NCBI GenBank assembly: GCA_024679065.1
Contig: JAGIQG010000043.1
Coordinates: 2,542,001 to 2,606,000 of the forward strand
DNA: 64,000 nucleotides
Reading direction: 5' to 3'
DNA from: Sphyrna mokarran
Lineage: Eukaryota
The stretch's first letter is position 1. Each line of letters opens with the position of its first letter. The notes beneath the pieces were generated by a model. That model searched no databases, was not told where the DNA came from, and saw only the letters and a program-made list of their open reading frames with translations. Made by a program: the position numbers and the translations under genes. This document shows, one piece after another, positions 1 to 13,400 of this stretch.

Positions 1-154
1 AGTATTAAATTTTACAACTCAAGGACTGATTGCATCAGTAAGTTCGCTAAAAAAAAATGTAAACAGAATGGTAAGGAATGGGACAGCTTGATCTTGGGTT
101 TGGATATAGCTCGGCACAACATCGAAGGACCGAAGGACTTGTACAGTGCTGTAC

Positions 155-3080
155 TAGAACATAGAACATAGAACAATACAGCACAAGCAGGCCCTTCGGC
201 CCACGAGTTGCGCCGATCACATCTACCAATCCACAGACCTATCTATAACCCCCTATCCTATTCTTTTCCATATACTCATCCAGAAGTCTCTTAAAAGACC
301 CCAGTGAGTTTGCCTCAACAACCTCCGACGGCAGTCGGTTCCATTCACTCACCACCCTCTGAGTGAAAAACCTACCCCTGACATCTCCTTTGTATTTGCT
401 TCCCTGCACCTTAAATCTGTGTCCTCTCGTAGTGACCATTTCAGCTCGGGGAAATAGTCTTTGAGAGTCCACCCTATCTATTCCTCTCAACATTTTATAA
501 ACCTCTATCAGGTCGCCTCTCAACCTACGTCTCTCCAGTGAGAAGAGTCCCAGCTCCCTCAACCTATCTTCATAAGGCCTGCATCCCAATCCAGGCAGCA
601 TCCTTGTAAATCTCCTCTGAACTCTCTCAATAGCCTCTACATCCTTCCTATAATGAGGCGACCAGAACTGCGCACAATACTCCAACTGGGGTCTGACAAG
701 AGTCTTATAGAGCTGCATCATTACCTCCTGACTCCTAAACTCTATTCCTCAATTAATGAAGGCCAGTACACCGTACGCCTTCTTGACCACTTCCTCCACC
801 TGCGAGGCCGATTTAAGAGTCCTATGGACCCGGACCCCGAGATCCTTCTGCTCTACAACACAGCTAAGACTCCTACCCCTTATATTGTACTCCTTCATCC
901 CATTATTCCTGCCAAAATGGACCACTACACATTTATCTGCGTTGAAGTCCATCTGCCACTTCTCCGCCCAGTCTTGCATCCTGTCTATGTCCCGCTGCAA
1001 CTTTTGGCATCCCTCCAGACCATCCACAACACCACCGATCTTTGTATCATCGGCGAACTTGCTAACCCATCCCTCCACTTCCTTATCCAGGTCATTTATG
1101 AAAATGACAAAGAGCAGGGGTCCCAGAACAGATCTCTGGGGCACTCCACTGGTTACTGACCTCCATGCAGAACAAGACCCATCCACAACCACTCTGTGCC
1201 TTCTGCCGGCAAGCCAGTTCTGGATCCATGAGGCCAAAGCCCCTTGGATCCCATGCCCTCTCACCTTCTCCAGAAGCCTTGCATGTGGGACCTTATCAAA
1301 CGCCTTACTAAAGTCCATGTACACTACGTCCACCGCCCTTCCTTCGTCAATGTGTTCAGTCACATTTTCAAAGAACTCAACTAGGCTCGTAAGGCATGAC
1401 CTGCCCTTGACAAAACCATGCTGACTATTTCTAATCAGTCCAAACTTCTCCAAATGTTCATATACCTTATCCCTCAGAATCCTCTCCATCAGCTTACCAA
1501 CCATGGAAGTCAAACTCACAGGTCGGTAATTACCTGGAATATCCCTATTCCCTTTCTTAAAGATAGGAACCACATCCACAATCCTCCAATCCTCTGGAAC
1601 CCTCCCGTTTCCATGGCCAACGCAAAGATCATCGCCAGGGACTCTGCAACCACTTCCCTCACCTCCCACAATAACCTGGGGTACATCCCATCCGGTCCCG
1701 GCGACTTGTCTATCTTGATATAATTTAACAGATCTAACACATCCTCTTTCCTAACATCAACATACTCAATCTTTTCCGTATGCCTCAAACCTGCAGTGCA
1801 ATCTCCCAGTTCACTTTCCACCGTGAATACCGAGGCAAAGTACTTGTTAAGCACCTCTGCCATTTCTTCCGGATTCACACAGACTTTTCCCCCTTCACCT
1901 TTTATAGGCCCATCCCTTCTCTTATCCTTTTACTTTTCACATATTTGTAGAAGGCCTTGGGATTCTCCTTAATCTTACCTGCCAAGGTATTCTCATGACC
2001 CCTTCTGGCTCTCCTAATTTCCTTTTTAAGTTCCCTTCTACACACCTTATACTCCTCTAGATCCCTAACAACCCCTAGCTCTCTGAACCTTTTACATACC
2101 TTTTTTTCCTTCCTAACTAGGTTCAAAACTACCTTCGTGTACCTCAGTTCCCGCGTCCTACCAGAATCTCCTTGACTCCTCGGAACGTTGTCTTGCAGTG
2201 CCCCAGACAAACATTCCTTGAAAAACCAGCACTTTCCTTCTGTACTCTTCCCCAAGAACACCTCCTTCCAGTTCATGCGTCCAATTAACTGCCTAATGTT
2301 TTCATATTTCCCCTTACTCCAGACATACACCTTCCTAGCCTGCCTGATCCTATCTCTTTCCACTGCTATCGTGAAAGAGATAGAATTATGATCTCCATTC
2401 CCAAGGTGCTCACCTACCGTGAGATCCAACATCTGCCCTGGCTCATTACCAAGCACCAAGTCAAGTACAGCCTCTCCTCTCGTAGGCTTTTTCACGCACT
2501 GTGTCAGGAAACCTTCCTGAACACACCTTACAAACTCCACACCATCCAAACCCCTTATCCTTGGGATATTCCAGTCGATGTTTGGGAAATTGAAATCTCC
2601 CATCACGACAACTCTGTTATTTTTACATTGGTGTAGGATCTGTTTCCCTATCTGCACCTCAAGTTCCCTGTCGCTATTGGGCGGCCTATAGAATATACCC
2701 AGCAAAGTTATCGAGCCTTTGCTGTTCCTAACTTCCACCCACAGAGACTCCGTAGACAATTCCTCCCCGTCTTCCACCTTCTCTACAGCCATGACACTGT
2801 CCCTGATCAAAAGTGCCACACCACTTCCTCTTTTGCCCCCAACGCTGACCCTCCTGAATCATCTGAATCCCGGCACCTGAAGTACCCAGTCCTGTCCCTG
2901 AGACAACCAAGCCCATGTAATGGCCACCACATCACACTCCCAAGCAGCAATCCACGCCCTAAGCTCATCTACCTTATTTACTACGCTCTTGGCATTAAAA
3001 TAGACACACCTCAGCCCCTCAGTCAGGATATTTCCCTTTTCCACCACCTGCCTAACCACCCTCTCAGACTGCCTACAGTC
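155..3080 (-). mobile_element. CR1 LINE, near-complete ORF2 (APE endonuclease plus reverse transcriptase), disrupted
   Basis: [36 protein letters not shown] and RPQLEYC motifs across broken ORFs; (TGTTCTA)n tail. Confidence 0.95.
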
Positions 3081-4030
3081 AAAGAACAAAGAACAAAGAA
3101 CAAAGAACAACACAGCACGGGAAACAGGCCCTTCGGCCCAACGAGTCGGCGCCGCCGTCCTAACGTCTTAATGACATATAGGGACCAATTTGTTACCCAA
3201 TCAGCCTAAGAGCACATTTTTGGGATGTGGGAGGAAACCGGAGCACCCTGAGAAAACCCACACAACCACGGGGAGAACGCGCAAACTCCCGCAGACACAG
3301 GCCCAAATCCATGTGTCTGCATAGCAACAGCGATAGTCCCTGAGCTGTCATGGTGCCCATCAGATGGTCCAGTTTAAGAATACACTAACGACGTGAAGCA
3401 CTAGGCCACTCCGGAAGCAACATCCAAGAGTAGCTCTCGCACAACCTGCCAAATGCATGCCCTTGTTGGTCAACAAGATGGACCGAATATCCTGTGGAAA
3501 CAAATAAGATATTTAGACAGTCCTGCTATATTCCTCTATCTGCAGACCGCTCATGTGGCTGTCCAAGAGACCCTTAAACAACCCTAGCGTGCCTGCTCCT
3601 ACCACCTTACTCGGCAGTGCATTCCACACCCCCACTACCCTTTGTGTGAAAAAAATGCCCTCTAATATTAGTCTTATACATAGCCCCCTTCACCCTAAGG
3701 CCGTGACCCCTCGTTCTATCCGATTCTAATGGTGGAAAAAGCTTACCACCATTTACTCTATCTATACCCCTCATAATCTTGTATACCTCTAATAGATCCC
3801 CTCTCAGCCGACGTCTTTCAAGGGAAAACAACCCCAGTGCGTTCAATCTTTCCTCGTAAGACAGCCCTTCCATACCAGGCAGCATCCTGGTAAATCTCCT
3901 CTGCACTCTCTCCAGGGCCTCCACATCCTTCCGGTAGTACGGCGACTAGAACTGGACACAGTACTCCAAGTGAGGCCTAACCAACGTGCTATACACTTGC
4001 AACATCAGACTCCTACTCTTGTATTCTATA
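3081..4030 (-). mobile_element. 5'-truncated CR1 with a long 3' UTR containing a SINE-derived segment
   Basis: ORF2 C-terminus (3607-3924), unique UTR, V-SINE core, (TGTTCTT)n tail. Confidence 0.85.
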
Positions 4031-4261
4031 CCCCTACCTGGGAACTAACCTCCTTATTCTTTACCCAGAGGGTGGTTAGGGTATGGAATGCCCTGCCTGC
4101 GGCAGATGGAGATGCGCCAAGTTTGGTGGCGTTTAAGAGGTTAGTAGATAACGAAAAGGGAATGGTTTAGGTTAGAGGTCATTGCTTTTTCCTAATTGGT
4201 CGGCGCAACATCGAAGGCTGAAGGGCCTGTAGTGTTCTATGTCCTATGTTCTATGTTCTTT

Positions 4262-4725
4262 TCACCGTCCCATTGGTATTCCCACCCCCCAGCTTTTCTA
4301 GTTTAAAGATCCCCCAGTAGCCCTAGCTAGTCTACCTGCCAAGATATTAGTCCCCCAAGGGTTCAAGTGCTACCCGTCCTTACTGTACAGTTCACACCTG
4401 CCCCTAAAGAGGTCCCAATGATCTATGAACCTTAATACCTGCCCCCTGCTCCAGTCCCTCAGCCATACATTCATCCTCCATCTCATTTGATTCCTACTCT
4501 CATTCTCCAGAGGCGCAGGCAGCAATCCTGAAATTATTGCCATTGCTTTTCTCTTCCTCAGCTTCCTACCCAGTTCTCTATAATCCCTTTTGATGACTGT
4601 CTCCCTCTTCCTGCCTATCGCTGCAGTACCTATATGCACCACAACTTCAGGTTACTCACCCTCCCCTTTCAGGATGTCTGGGAGGCGTCCAGAAACATCC
4701 CGGATCCCAGCTCCAGGAAGACAAA
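4262..4725 (-). mobile_element. CR1 ORF1 fragment (SGNH esterase-like)
   Basis: VHIGT...ISGLLP...DHWDLF...LY.KDG motifs; flanked by plus-strand CR1 3' fragments at about 4058-4260 and 4737-4900. Confidence 0.8.
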
Positions 4726-5078
4726 CCCCCTCCATTTGAGGCAAACTCACTGGGGTCTTTTAAGAGACTTCTGGATGAGTATATGAAAAAGAATAGGATA
4801 CGGGGTTATAGATAGGTCTGTGGATTGGAAGATGTGATCAGCGCAACTTGTGGGCCGAAAGGCCTGTTTGCGCTGTATTGTTCTATGTTCTATGTTCTAT
4901 CCGCCACTCTCTCCTGCGTCCACGAAAACGCCTGTCTGAACTCCTCACAGTGGATGCCCCTATTAGTATCACCTTGCCTCTCTCTTCCTTAGATTTCTAC
5001 TGTTCTATTTGTATGGCGTATGTCACTTAAACTTTGGGATGATTATGAAATCGGGCATTGATTTAAGAGACAAATAAT

Positions 5079-6516
5079 ATAGAACATAAAACAGTATAGC
5101 GCAGAACAGGCCCTTCGGCATCGATGTTGCGCCGACCAATTATGAAAAAAGCAATGACCCTCCAAACTAAACTATTCCCTGCTCTTCCATAAACTTATCA
5201 ACTAACCTCTTAAACGCCACCAAACTTGGCGCATCTACAACTGCCGCAGGCAGGGCATTCCACTCCCTAACCACCCTCTGGGTAAAGAATCTACCTCTGG
5301 TATCCGTCCTATAACTATCACCCTTTAATTTAAAGCTATGTCCCCCCGTGCTAGCTTTCTCCATCCAAGGAAAAAGGCTATCAATGTCCACCCTATCTAA
5401 ACCTCTAATCATCTTATATGTTTCGATAAGGTCTCCTCTTAGCCGCCTTCTTTCTAACGAAAACAACCTCAAAACCCTCAGCCTCTCCTCATAAGACCTG
5501 CCCTCCATACCAGGCAACATCCTGGTAAACCTCCTCTGTACCCTCTCCAATGCCTCCACATCTTTCTTATAATGTGGGGACCAGAACTGCACACAATACT
5601 CCAAGTGCGGCAGCACTAGAGTTTTGTACAGTTGCAACATGACGTTGCGGCTCCGAAATTCAATTCCCCCTACCAATAAAAGCTAAGACTCCGTATGCCT
5701 TCTTAACAACCTTATCGACTTGATTGCTTACTTTCAGGGATCTATGCACATATACGCCAAGATCCCTCTGTTCATCAACACTATTAAGAATCCTACCATT
5801 AGCCCTATACTCTACACATTTGTTACTCCTGCCAAAGTGCATTACCTCACACTTTTCCACATTAAACTCCATTTGCCACCTCTCGGCCCAGCTCTGCAAC
5901 TTGTCCAAGTCTCTTTGCAAACTATAACACCCCTCTTCACTATCTATCACTCCACCGACTTTGGTGTCATCCGCAAATTTACTAATCCACCCTTCAATAC
6001 CCTCATCCAGATCATTTATAAAAATTACAAACAGCAGGGGCCCCAAAATAGACCCCTGAGGTACACCACTTGTCACCGAACTCCACGATGAATATCTCCC
6101 ATCAACCACCACGCTCTGTCTTCTATCTGCTAGCCAATTCCTAATCCAATGAGCTAAATCACCCTCAATCCCATACATCTGCATTTTCTGCAGAAGCCTT
6201 CCATGGGCCACCATAATATAGAACATAGAACATAGAACATTACAGCACAGAACAGGCCCTTCAGCCTTCGATGTTGCGCCGACCAATATAAAAAGCAATG
6301 CCCCTCCAAACTAAACCATTCCCTTCTCTCCCATATACTTATCAACTAACCTCTTAAACGCCACCAAACTTGGCGCATCTACAACCGCTGCAGGCAGGGC
6401 ATTCCACTCCCTAACCACCCTTTGGGTAAAGAACCTGCCCCTGATATCCGTCCTATAACTACCACCCCTTAATTTAAAGCTGTGTCCCCTCGTGCTAGCT
6501 TTTTCCATCCTAGGAA
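5079..6516 (-). mobile_element. Two stacked 5'-truncated CR1 copies (5079-6213, 6219-6516)
   Basis: RT C-terminal ORFs and two tails. Confidence 0.93.
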
Positions 6517-7364
6517 ATTATATACATAATATAATTATGTATTGGATACAGAGACTCCAACCTGGGAATTCGAGGATCAAGCCCTCCTCCAACAGATTAA
6601 CTAGTTTTGACTTCCCACAAAACGCGGAACAGATTGAAATTATTGTTATGTATTGATAAACAACAAGGAAGCCATTTTGTTTTAAGAGTGAACCCACTTA
6701 GCCGTGTTATCAGACGGGAACATGGATTTCAGATAATGTTCATTGAGTATTAACTACTAATGTCCAAATGAATGTCCAACACTAGGGTACATCTAATTAA
6801 GGGTTGGAACACATTTAATGTTGCAGATTTCATATCCATGCAGTCGGAAACCAGTTGTTCACATTCCTGTTCAGCACTTAATCCCATCTCCAACGCAAAC
6901 AAACTCACCCTAAAAATGTCTCTGTGAATTAACTGAAGAGCCGCCGGAAACATATGTTTTTCTAAAACTTATAGAACAGGAATCACACAGCTTACATTTG
7001 GTACTCAAAACCTTTTTTTCAATATTTATTTAACTCGGACACAGATCCATTTTGAATTATTCCTTGCACAATAACAATAGAAAATGTTGAATAGAATTTT
7101 AAAACCCGCTATGAAAAATTAGAAGCATAGAGAGGTGAAATTGCACTGCAGGTGATATTCCATCTTAGAATGGTGGACATTAAGAGAAAGTTCATTTCTG
7201 CTTTGGTCGCCATCATAATATTGAGCCGCTAACCCGCCCGAATTTGCACCGGCAGCACTTTCGGAATTCTCCCTGCAAAAAGAAGAATGTTTCCGCAACA
7301 TTGTAAATTCAGGGAACACACGGGGAATTTTCTCTCTCTCTCTCTCTCTCTCATTTCCCTCGAA

Positions 7365-7409
7365 TTAAAGTTTTGGATCCTCGTTAAAGGCCAGGTTAGC
7401 GTAGAGCGT
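7365..7409 (-). CDS. Gene A terminal exon TLYANLAFNEDPKL* (TxYxxL motif)
   Basis: Branch point cgctaac plus cttttcatctacag acceptor; phase 0 matches the upstream exon; AATAAA at 7030-7025. Confidence 0.75.
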   Translation of the reverse strand, partial: TLYANLAFNEDPKL

Positions 7410-10400
7410 CTGTAGATGAAAAGTGATCTGTTAGCGTGATACATACCTTTATTATAGTGACAGGTAAGACCATTGAATCCCCCCAATCTTCTGCCTCCCC
7501 CCACTTTATTCAATCGGTTCACGGCTGGAAGGTTACTCAACTCACAGTCACCTATCAATATTGAATAATATTAATTGAATTAATCCACTCTCTAGTATAA
7601 ATCTATCTGTCGCACCTTTGGGAGTTCCAATTGCCCAATATTCTATATAGCTTTTCAGTGACCTGAATTCTGCCCCGCGTTCTGTGAAGAAGTGTTTCGA
7701 GTTGATTTATTATTGTCACATGTTAGCATGAATTGAAATGTAATGATTCTTGCGTAGTATACAGATAAAGTGTATCGTGTATGGAGAATGAAAGGAGAAG
7801 GTGCATGTTGTAGTGTTACAGTGATAGGTAGGCTATAGAGAATGTTCAACTTAATATGAGGCAGGTCCATTATAATGTCTGATGGCAGCAGGGAAGAAGC
7901 TGTCCTTGCGTGACCTCAGAATTACGTATCTTTTTCCCAAAGGAAGAAGGTGGAAAAAAAAACATATCCAAGGTGTGTGGGGTCCTTGATAACGGTGGCT
8001 GTTTTTATAGAAACATAGAAGATACCAGCAGGGAAATGTCATTTGGCCCTTCGAGTCTGCTCCAGCATTCATTATAATCATGACTGATCGTCCAGCCCAA
8101 TTGTCTAATCCTACTTTCTCCACATAACCTTCGCTCCAAAGTGCTATATCTCGCCGCCCGTTGAATACATTCAATATTTTGGCATCAACTACTTCCCGTG
8201 GTAATGAATTCCACAGGCTCACCGAGTGAAGAAATGTCTCCTAACCTCCGTCCTAAATGGTCTGTCCCAAAACCTCAAACAGTGACCCCTGATTCTGGAC
8301 TCCCTCCACTATCGGGAACATCCTTCCTGTATCTATCCTGTTTAGCCCTGTTAGAATTTTATAAGTCTCTGTGAAATCCCCTCTCATTCGTCTGAACTCC
8401 AGTGAAAACAATTTTAACCTCGTCACTCTCTCCTCACACATCAATCCCGCGATCCCTGGAGTGAGCCTGGTAAACCTTCGCTGCACTCCCTCCAGAGCCA
8501 GAATATCCTTCCAAAGTGAATGCATTTGGTATGTCTCCTGCTCTGTCCAAGACTACAAGAACTGGTCTCGTCCCATTATTCAAACCAGCCTCCCCTCCAT
8601 TGACTCTGTCTGTTGCCTCGGGGAAAAACAGCCAACATAATCAAGTACCCTGCCCCCACCCTCCCACACACCCCTCCGGACATTCTGTCTTCCAACTTCT
8701 TCCGTCGGGGAAAAAGATACAAAAGTCTGAGGTCACGCACCGACCGGCTCAAGAACAGGTTCTTCCCTGCTGCTGTCAGACTTCTGAAAGCACCTACCTC
8801 GCACTAAGTTAATCTTTCTATCTTTTTCTACACCCTGGGTATGATTGTAGCTCTATATTCTCCACTCTCTCCTTTACTTCTCAATGAACGGTATGCTTCC
8901 TGTATGTAGTGCGCAAGAAGCAATACTTTTCACTGTATCCCATACATGTGACAATAATAATCCAAAACTTTGTACTCAGTGAACAGCTTTGTATAGCACG
9001 CAAAAATCAAAACTTCTCACTGTACCGCAATACATGTGACAATAATAAACCAAATCTATATGTTCAATGAACGGTATGCTTTGTCTCTATAGCGCGCAAT
9101 ATACAACGCTTTTCACTGAATCCCAATACATATGCCAATAATAAACCCAATCTATGTACTCTGTGAACGGTATGCTTTGTCTGTGTAGTGTGCAAAAAAC
9201 TATACTTTTCACTGTATCCCAATGCATGTGCCAATAATAAATCAAATGTACGTACTCTAAAACTGATACGCTTTGTCTCTATAGCGCGTAAGAAAAAATA
9301 CTTTTCACTGTATCCCAATATATATTATAATAACAAATCAAACCTATGTACTCTATGAATGGTATGTTTTGTCTGTATAGTAGGCAAGAAAGAATTCTTT
9401 TCACTGTATCCCAATACGCGTGACAATAATAAATCAAATCAAATCAAATGTTCCACTAATGAATTAAACAAAAAAAGCAAACTTGAAAGACGTTATTCGG
9501 CCATGGAAGCCACCGGGCTTGTTGAAGTTTTACTTTACTTGGACAAGTTGCAGAGCTGGGCCGAGAGGTGGCAAATGGAGTTTAATGTGGAAAAGTGTGA
9601 GGTAATGCACTATGGCAGGAATAATAAATGCGTAGAGTATAGGGCAAATGGTAGGGCTCTTAGTAGTCTTGATGAACAGAGGGATCTTGGTGTGTATGTG
9701 CAAAGATCCCTGAAAGTAGGCAGTCAACTCGAGAAGTTTGTTAAGAAGGCATATGGAGTCTTAGCTTTTATTGGTAGGGGGATTGAATTTCGGAGCCGCA
9801 GCATCATGTTGCAACTGTACAAAGCTCTAGTGCGGCCGCACTTGGAGTATTGTGTGCAGTTCTGGTCGCCACATTATAAGAAAGATGTGGAGGCATTGGA
9901 GAGGGTGCAGAGGAGGTTTACCAGGATGTTGCCTGGTATGGAGGGCCGGTCCTATGAAGAGAGGTTGAAGGATTTGAGGTTGTTTTCGTTAGAAAGGAGG
10001 CGGCTAAGAGGGGATCTTATTGAAGCATATAAGATGATTAGAGGTTTAGATAGGGTGGACAGTGATAGCCTTTTTCTTAGGATGGAGAAAGCTAGCACAA
10101 GGGGACACAGCTTTAAATTAAGGGGTATGAGTTATAGGACGGATATCAGAGGTAGGTTCTTTACTCAAAGAGTGATTAGGGAGTGGAATGCCCTGCCTGC
10201 AGCTGTTGTAGATGCGCCAAGTTTGGTGGCGTTTAAGAGGTTAATTGATAAGTATATGGAAGAGAAGGGAATGTTTTAGTTTGGAGGGGCATTGCTTTTT
10301 ATTTTGGTCGGCACAACATCGAAGGCCGAAGGGCCTGTTCTGTGCTGTATTGTTCTATGTTCTATGTTATGTTGCAACTGTACAAAACTCTCGTGCTGCC

Positions 10401-13400
10401 GCACTTGGAGTATTGTGTGCAGTTCTGGTCCCCACATTATAAGAAAGATGTGGAGGCTTTGGAGAGGGTACAGAGGAGGTTTACCAGGATGTTGCCTGGG
10501 ATGGAGGGCAGGTCTTATGAAGAGAGGCTGAGGGATTTGAGGTTTGTTTCGTTAGAAAGGAGGCGGCTAAGAGGGGACCTAATCGAAACATATAAGATGA
10601 TTAGAGGTTTAGATAGGGTGGACAGTGATAGCCTTTTTCCTAGGATGGAGAAAGCTAGCACGAGGGGACATAGTTTTAAATTAAGGGGTGATAGTTATAG
10701 GACGGATATCAGAGGTAGGTTCTTTACCCAAAGGGTGGTTCGGGAGTGGAATGCCCTGCCTGCAGCAGTTGTAGATGCGCCAAGTTTGGTGGCGTTTAAG
10801 AGGTTAGTTGATAAGTATATGGAAGAGAAGGGAATGGTTTAGTTTGGAGGGGCATTGCTTTTTATATTGGTCGGCGCAACATCGAAGGCCGAAGGGCCTG
10901 TTCTGTGCTGTAATGTTCTATGTTCTATGTTATAAGTTTTCTAGAATTTTTTGTATTGGTTATCAATTCTAATCTGCGGATTGATAATTAATGAAAAGTA
11001 TCCGTGCGGTATTTAAAAACAATCCGTTCATTCACCTCTTTATTCTGTTTGTGTTCTCTAGATTCTCTCAGTTCTTCATCACCGTTCGCGGTTCCTGTTA
11101 GAAAGGGGGATTTAAACTGAAATTTAAAATGTGTTAATTTCACACTGAACCCGCTCAGAAGTGTCAATAACTCTGAAATAGATGTTTGGATTGAGAGCTC
11201 CGCGGAGTAACAGATTCCCCCCAAAATGTCTACCTCTCTGCTGGTTGTTGCAGATCCCTCTTCCGGCCATAAGGACCAATCCCAGAAGGAGAAGTGCCGC
11301 GACTGACAAACCACCGTAAAACACTAAATCGCAGGTGAGCGAGGACGGAGAATCTGCAAAAAAAATTAAACTTTCAGTCAACAGAAATCAAGTGTGGAAA
11401 CAATTAAACAAGCAAGGATCTTGTTCAATTTAACTGTCCAATTTGATCGGAAAATGAGAAAAAAATTTGCACACTTTCCCTTCATGCAATAGAGTCGCAC
11501 TTTTACAATAGAACACTAGGCGCGGCAGAGACAGATAGTGACAGAGAGACTGAACACTTTTTGAACAGGGCACACAGGGAAATGGAGGGAGAGAGTGGAA
11601 GATTCAGGCAGAGAATAATCACATAATCCCATGGTGCAGAAGAAGACCATTTGGGCCATCGAGACTGCACCACCCTATCACCGTCACTTCGCGTATTTAC
11701 TCTGCTAATCCTCCTGATTCTCGTCTCAATTTAGCATGGCCAATACACCTTACCCGCACGTTTTGGGCACTAAGCGGCAATTTAGCATGACCAATCCACT
11801 TAACCCGCACATCTTTGGACACTAAAGGGCAATTTGTCATAGCTAATCTAACTAACCTACATATCTTCGATATTAAGGAGCAATTTACCATGGCTTATCT
11901 ACCTAACTTACATATTCGTTGACATTAAGGACAATTTACCATGGTTGATCCACCTAGCCTTCACATCCTTTGACTCTAAGGAGCAATTTAACATGGCTGG
12001 TCCACTTAACCTACACACCCGTTGACACTAAGGGGCATGTACCATGCCTGATCCACCTAACCGACACATTCTTTGGCACTAAGGGACAATATAGCATGGC
12101 CAATCCACCAAACCCGCACATCTTTGGACACAAAGGGGCAATTTAGCACAGCCAATCCTCCTAACCTGCACATCTTTGGACACTAAGGGGTAATTTAGCA
12201 TGGCCAATCCACTTAACCCGCATATCTTTGGAATTTGTGGGAAAACAGCAGCACCCGCGGGAAGGCCGATGTAATTGAATGGGATTGAAATACTGGAAGG
12301 CGAAGGGATGAATAGAACATAGAACATTACAGCACAGAACAGGCCCTTTGGCCTTCGATGTTGTGCCGACCAAAATAAAAAGCAATGCCCCTACAAACTA
12401 AACCATTCCCTTCTCTTCCATATACTTATCAATTAACCTCTTAAACGCCACCAAACTTGGCGCATCTACAACAGAATAAATGGTTCACTGCTCTGCTGAG
12501 GTAGAGTTCAATACTGGGGATATAATCACACATTTCAATTTTACCCACTGACAGATTGGTCCCTGACCTTGAGATGCGTCATGTTGAATTAGCCAGATAC
12601 AAGAAGGGGAAGAGGAGAAAAGGCCATCAGCCTATCTCGTCTATTTTGCCATCCAACATCACCATGCCTCACCATGTACATAAACTTCACTTCTCCGCTC
12701 TTTTGCTTACTCATTAATCTATCCGCTCTCACAAATGTGTATCATTGATTGAACATCCACGGTTCATAATGGCAGCGAAGAAGAGGCAAACTATCAGAAA
12801 ATGAAACTGGGAGGATTATGATAGGACAGTGCTGATTTAGATATTCATGGATGTCCGCAGAGGCATTTGTAATTTACAAAGTTAGACTGCTTTTAGTAAA
12901 GTGTCCCGTTATCATTAAATGGATTGAAAAATAGCCATTGTGAATAGCTACCTTTCTGAGATGAGAAACTGTCACTGAGAATACTGTCACTGGAGTTGAC
13001 CCGAATGGCGCAGGTACAGCGAGCACCGCTTCTCCATGTTTCCGTTGGAAGACTGATGTAACTCCTGATGGTGTAGGTCCCGTCCGGCTCCAGAGTCCCA
13101 GAATCGGTCTGCCCCTCGGTATCCCGCCCCGAAACATTCCAGCGGACGGGAAAAGAATCGGGAGACACACCTCTGACCAGGCACATCAATGGGACCTTTT
13201 CCATGGTGGGAATCTCATTCAGCGGCGGGGTGAGGAGGAATATGGTGGGAGAACCCGCTAAATTCGGCAAATGAAACGGAAAACACTCATTAATTGGTGG
13301 AACAGAACACTTTAATTGCTTTGAGATACTCATTGCAATAGAATAATAATGAGATTTACCTGTAATCACTAATTTGGAGCCATTTCCGAATACTAGGACC

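Noticed and set aside
653-1723. Long ORFs antisense to CR1 (also at 5720, 30118, 40157, 45634 and others)
   Set aside because: Shadow frames of CR1 ORF2 that recur with every copy.
7119-7319. ORF with a YY motif as a further cytoplasmic exon
   Set aside because: It lies in the predicted 3' UTR of gene A, and that frame does not match the upstream phase.
10941-10973. Alternative gene A last exon IRIDNQYKKF*
   Set aside because: It would need a 62-nt intron. The 7409-7365 exon has a better branch point, a Tyr motif and a polyA signal. Not fully excluded.
11725-12240. CRISPR-like array
   Set aside because: Eukaryotic DNA; degenerate head-to-tail SINE units without unique spacers.
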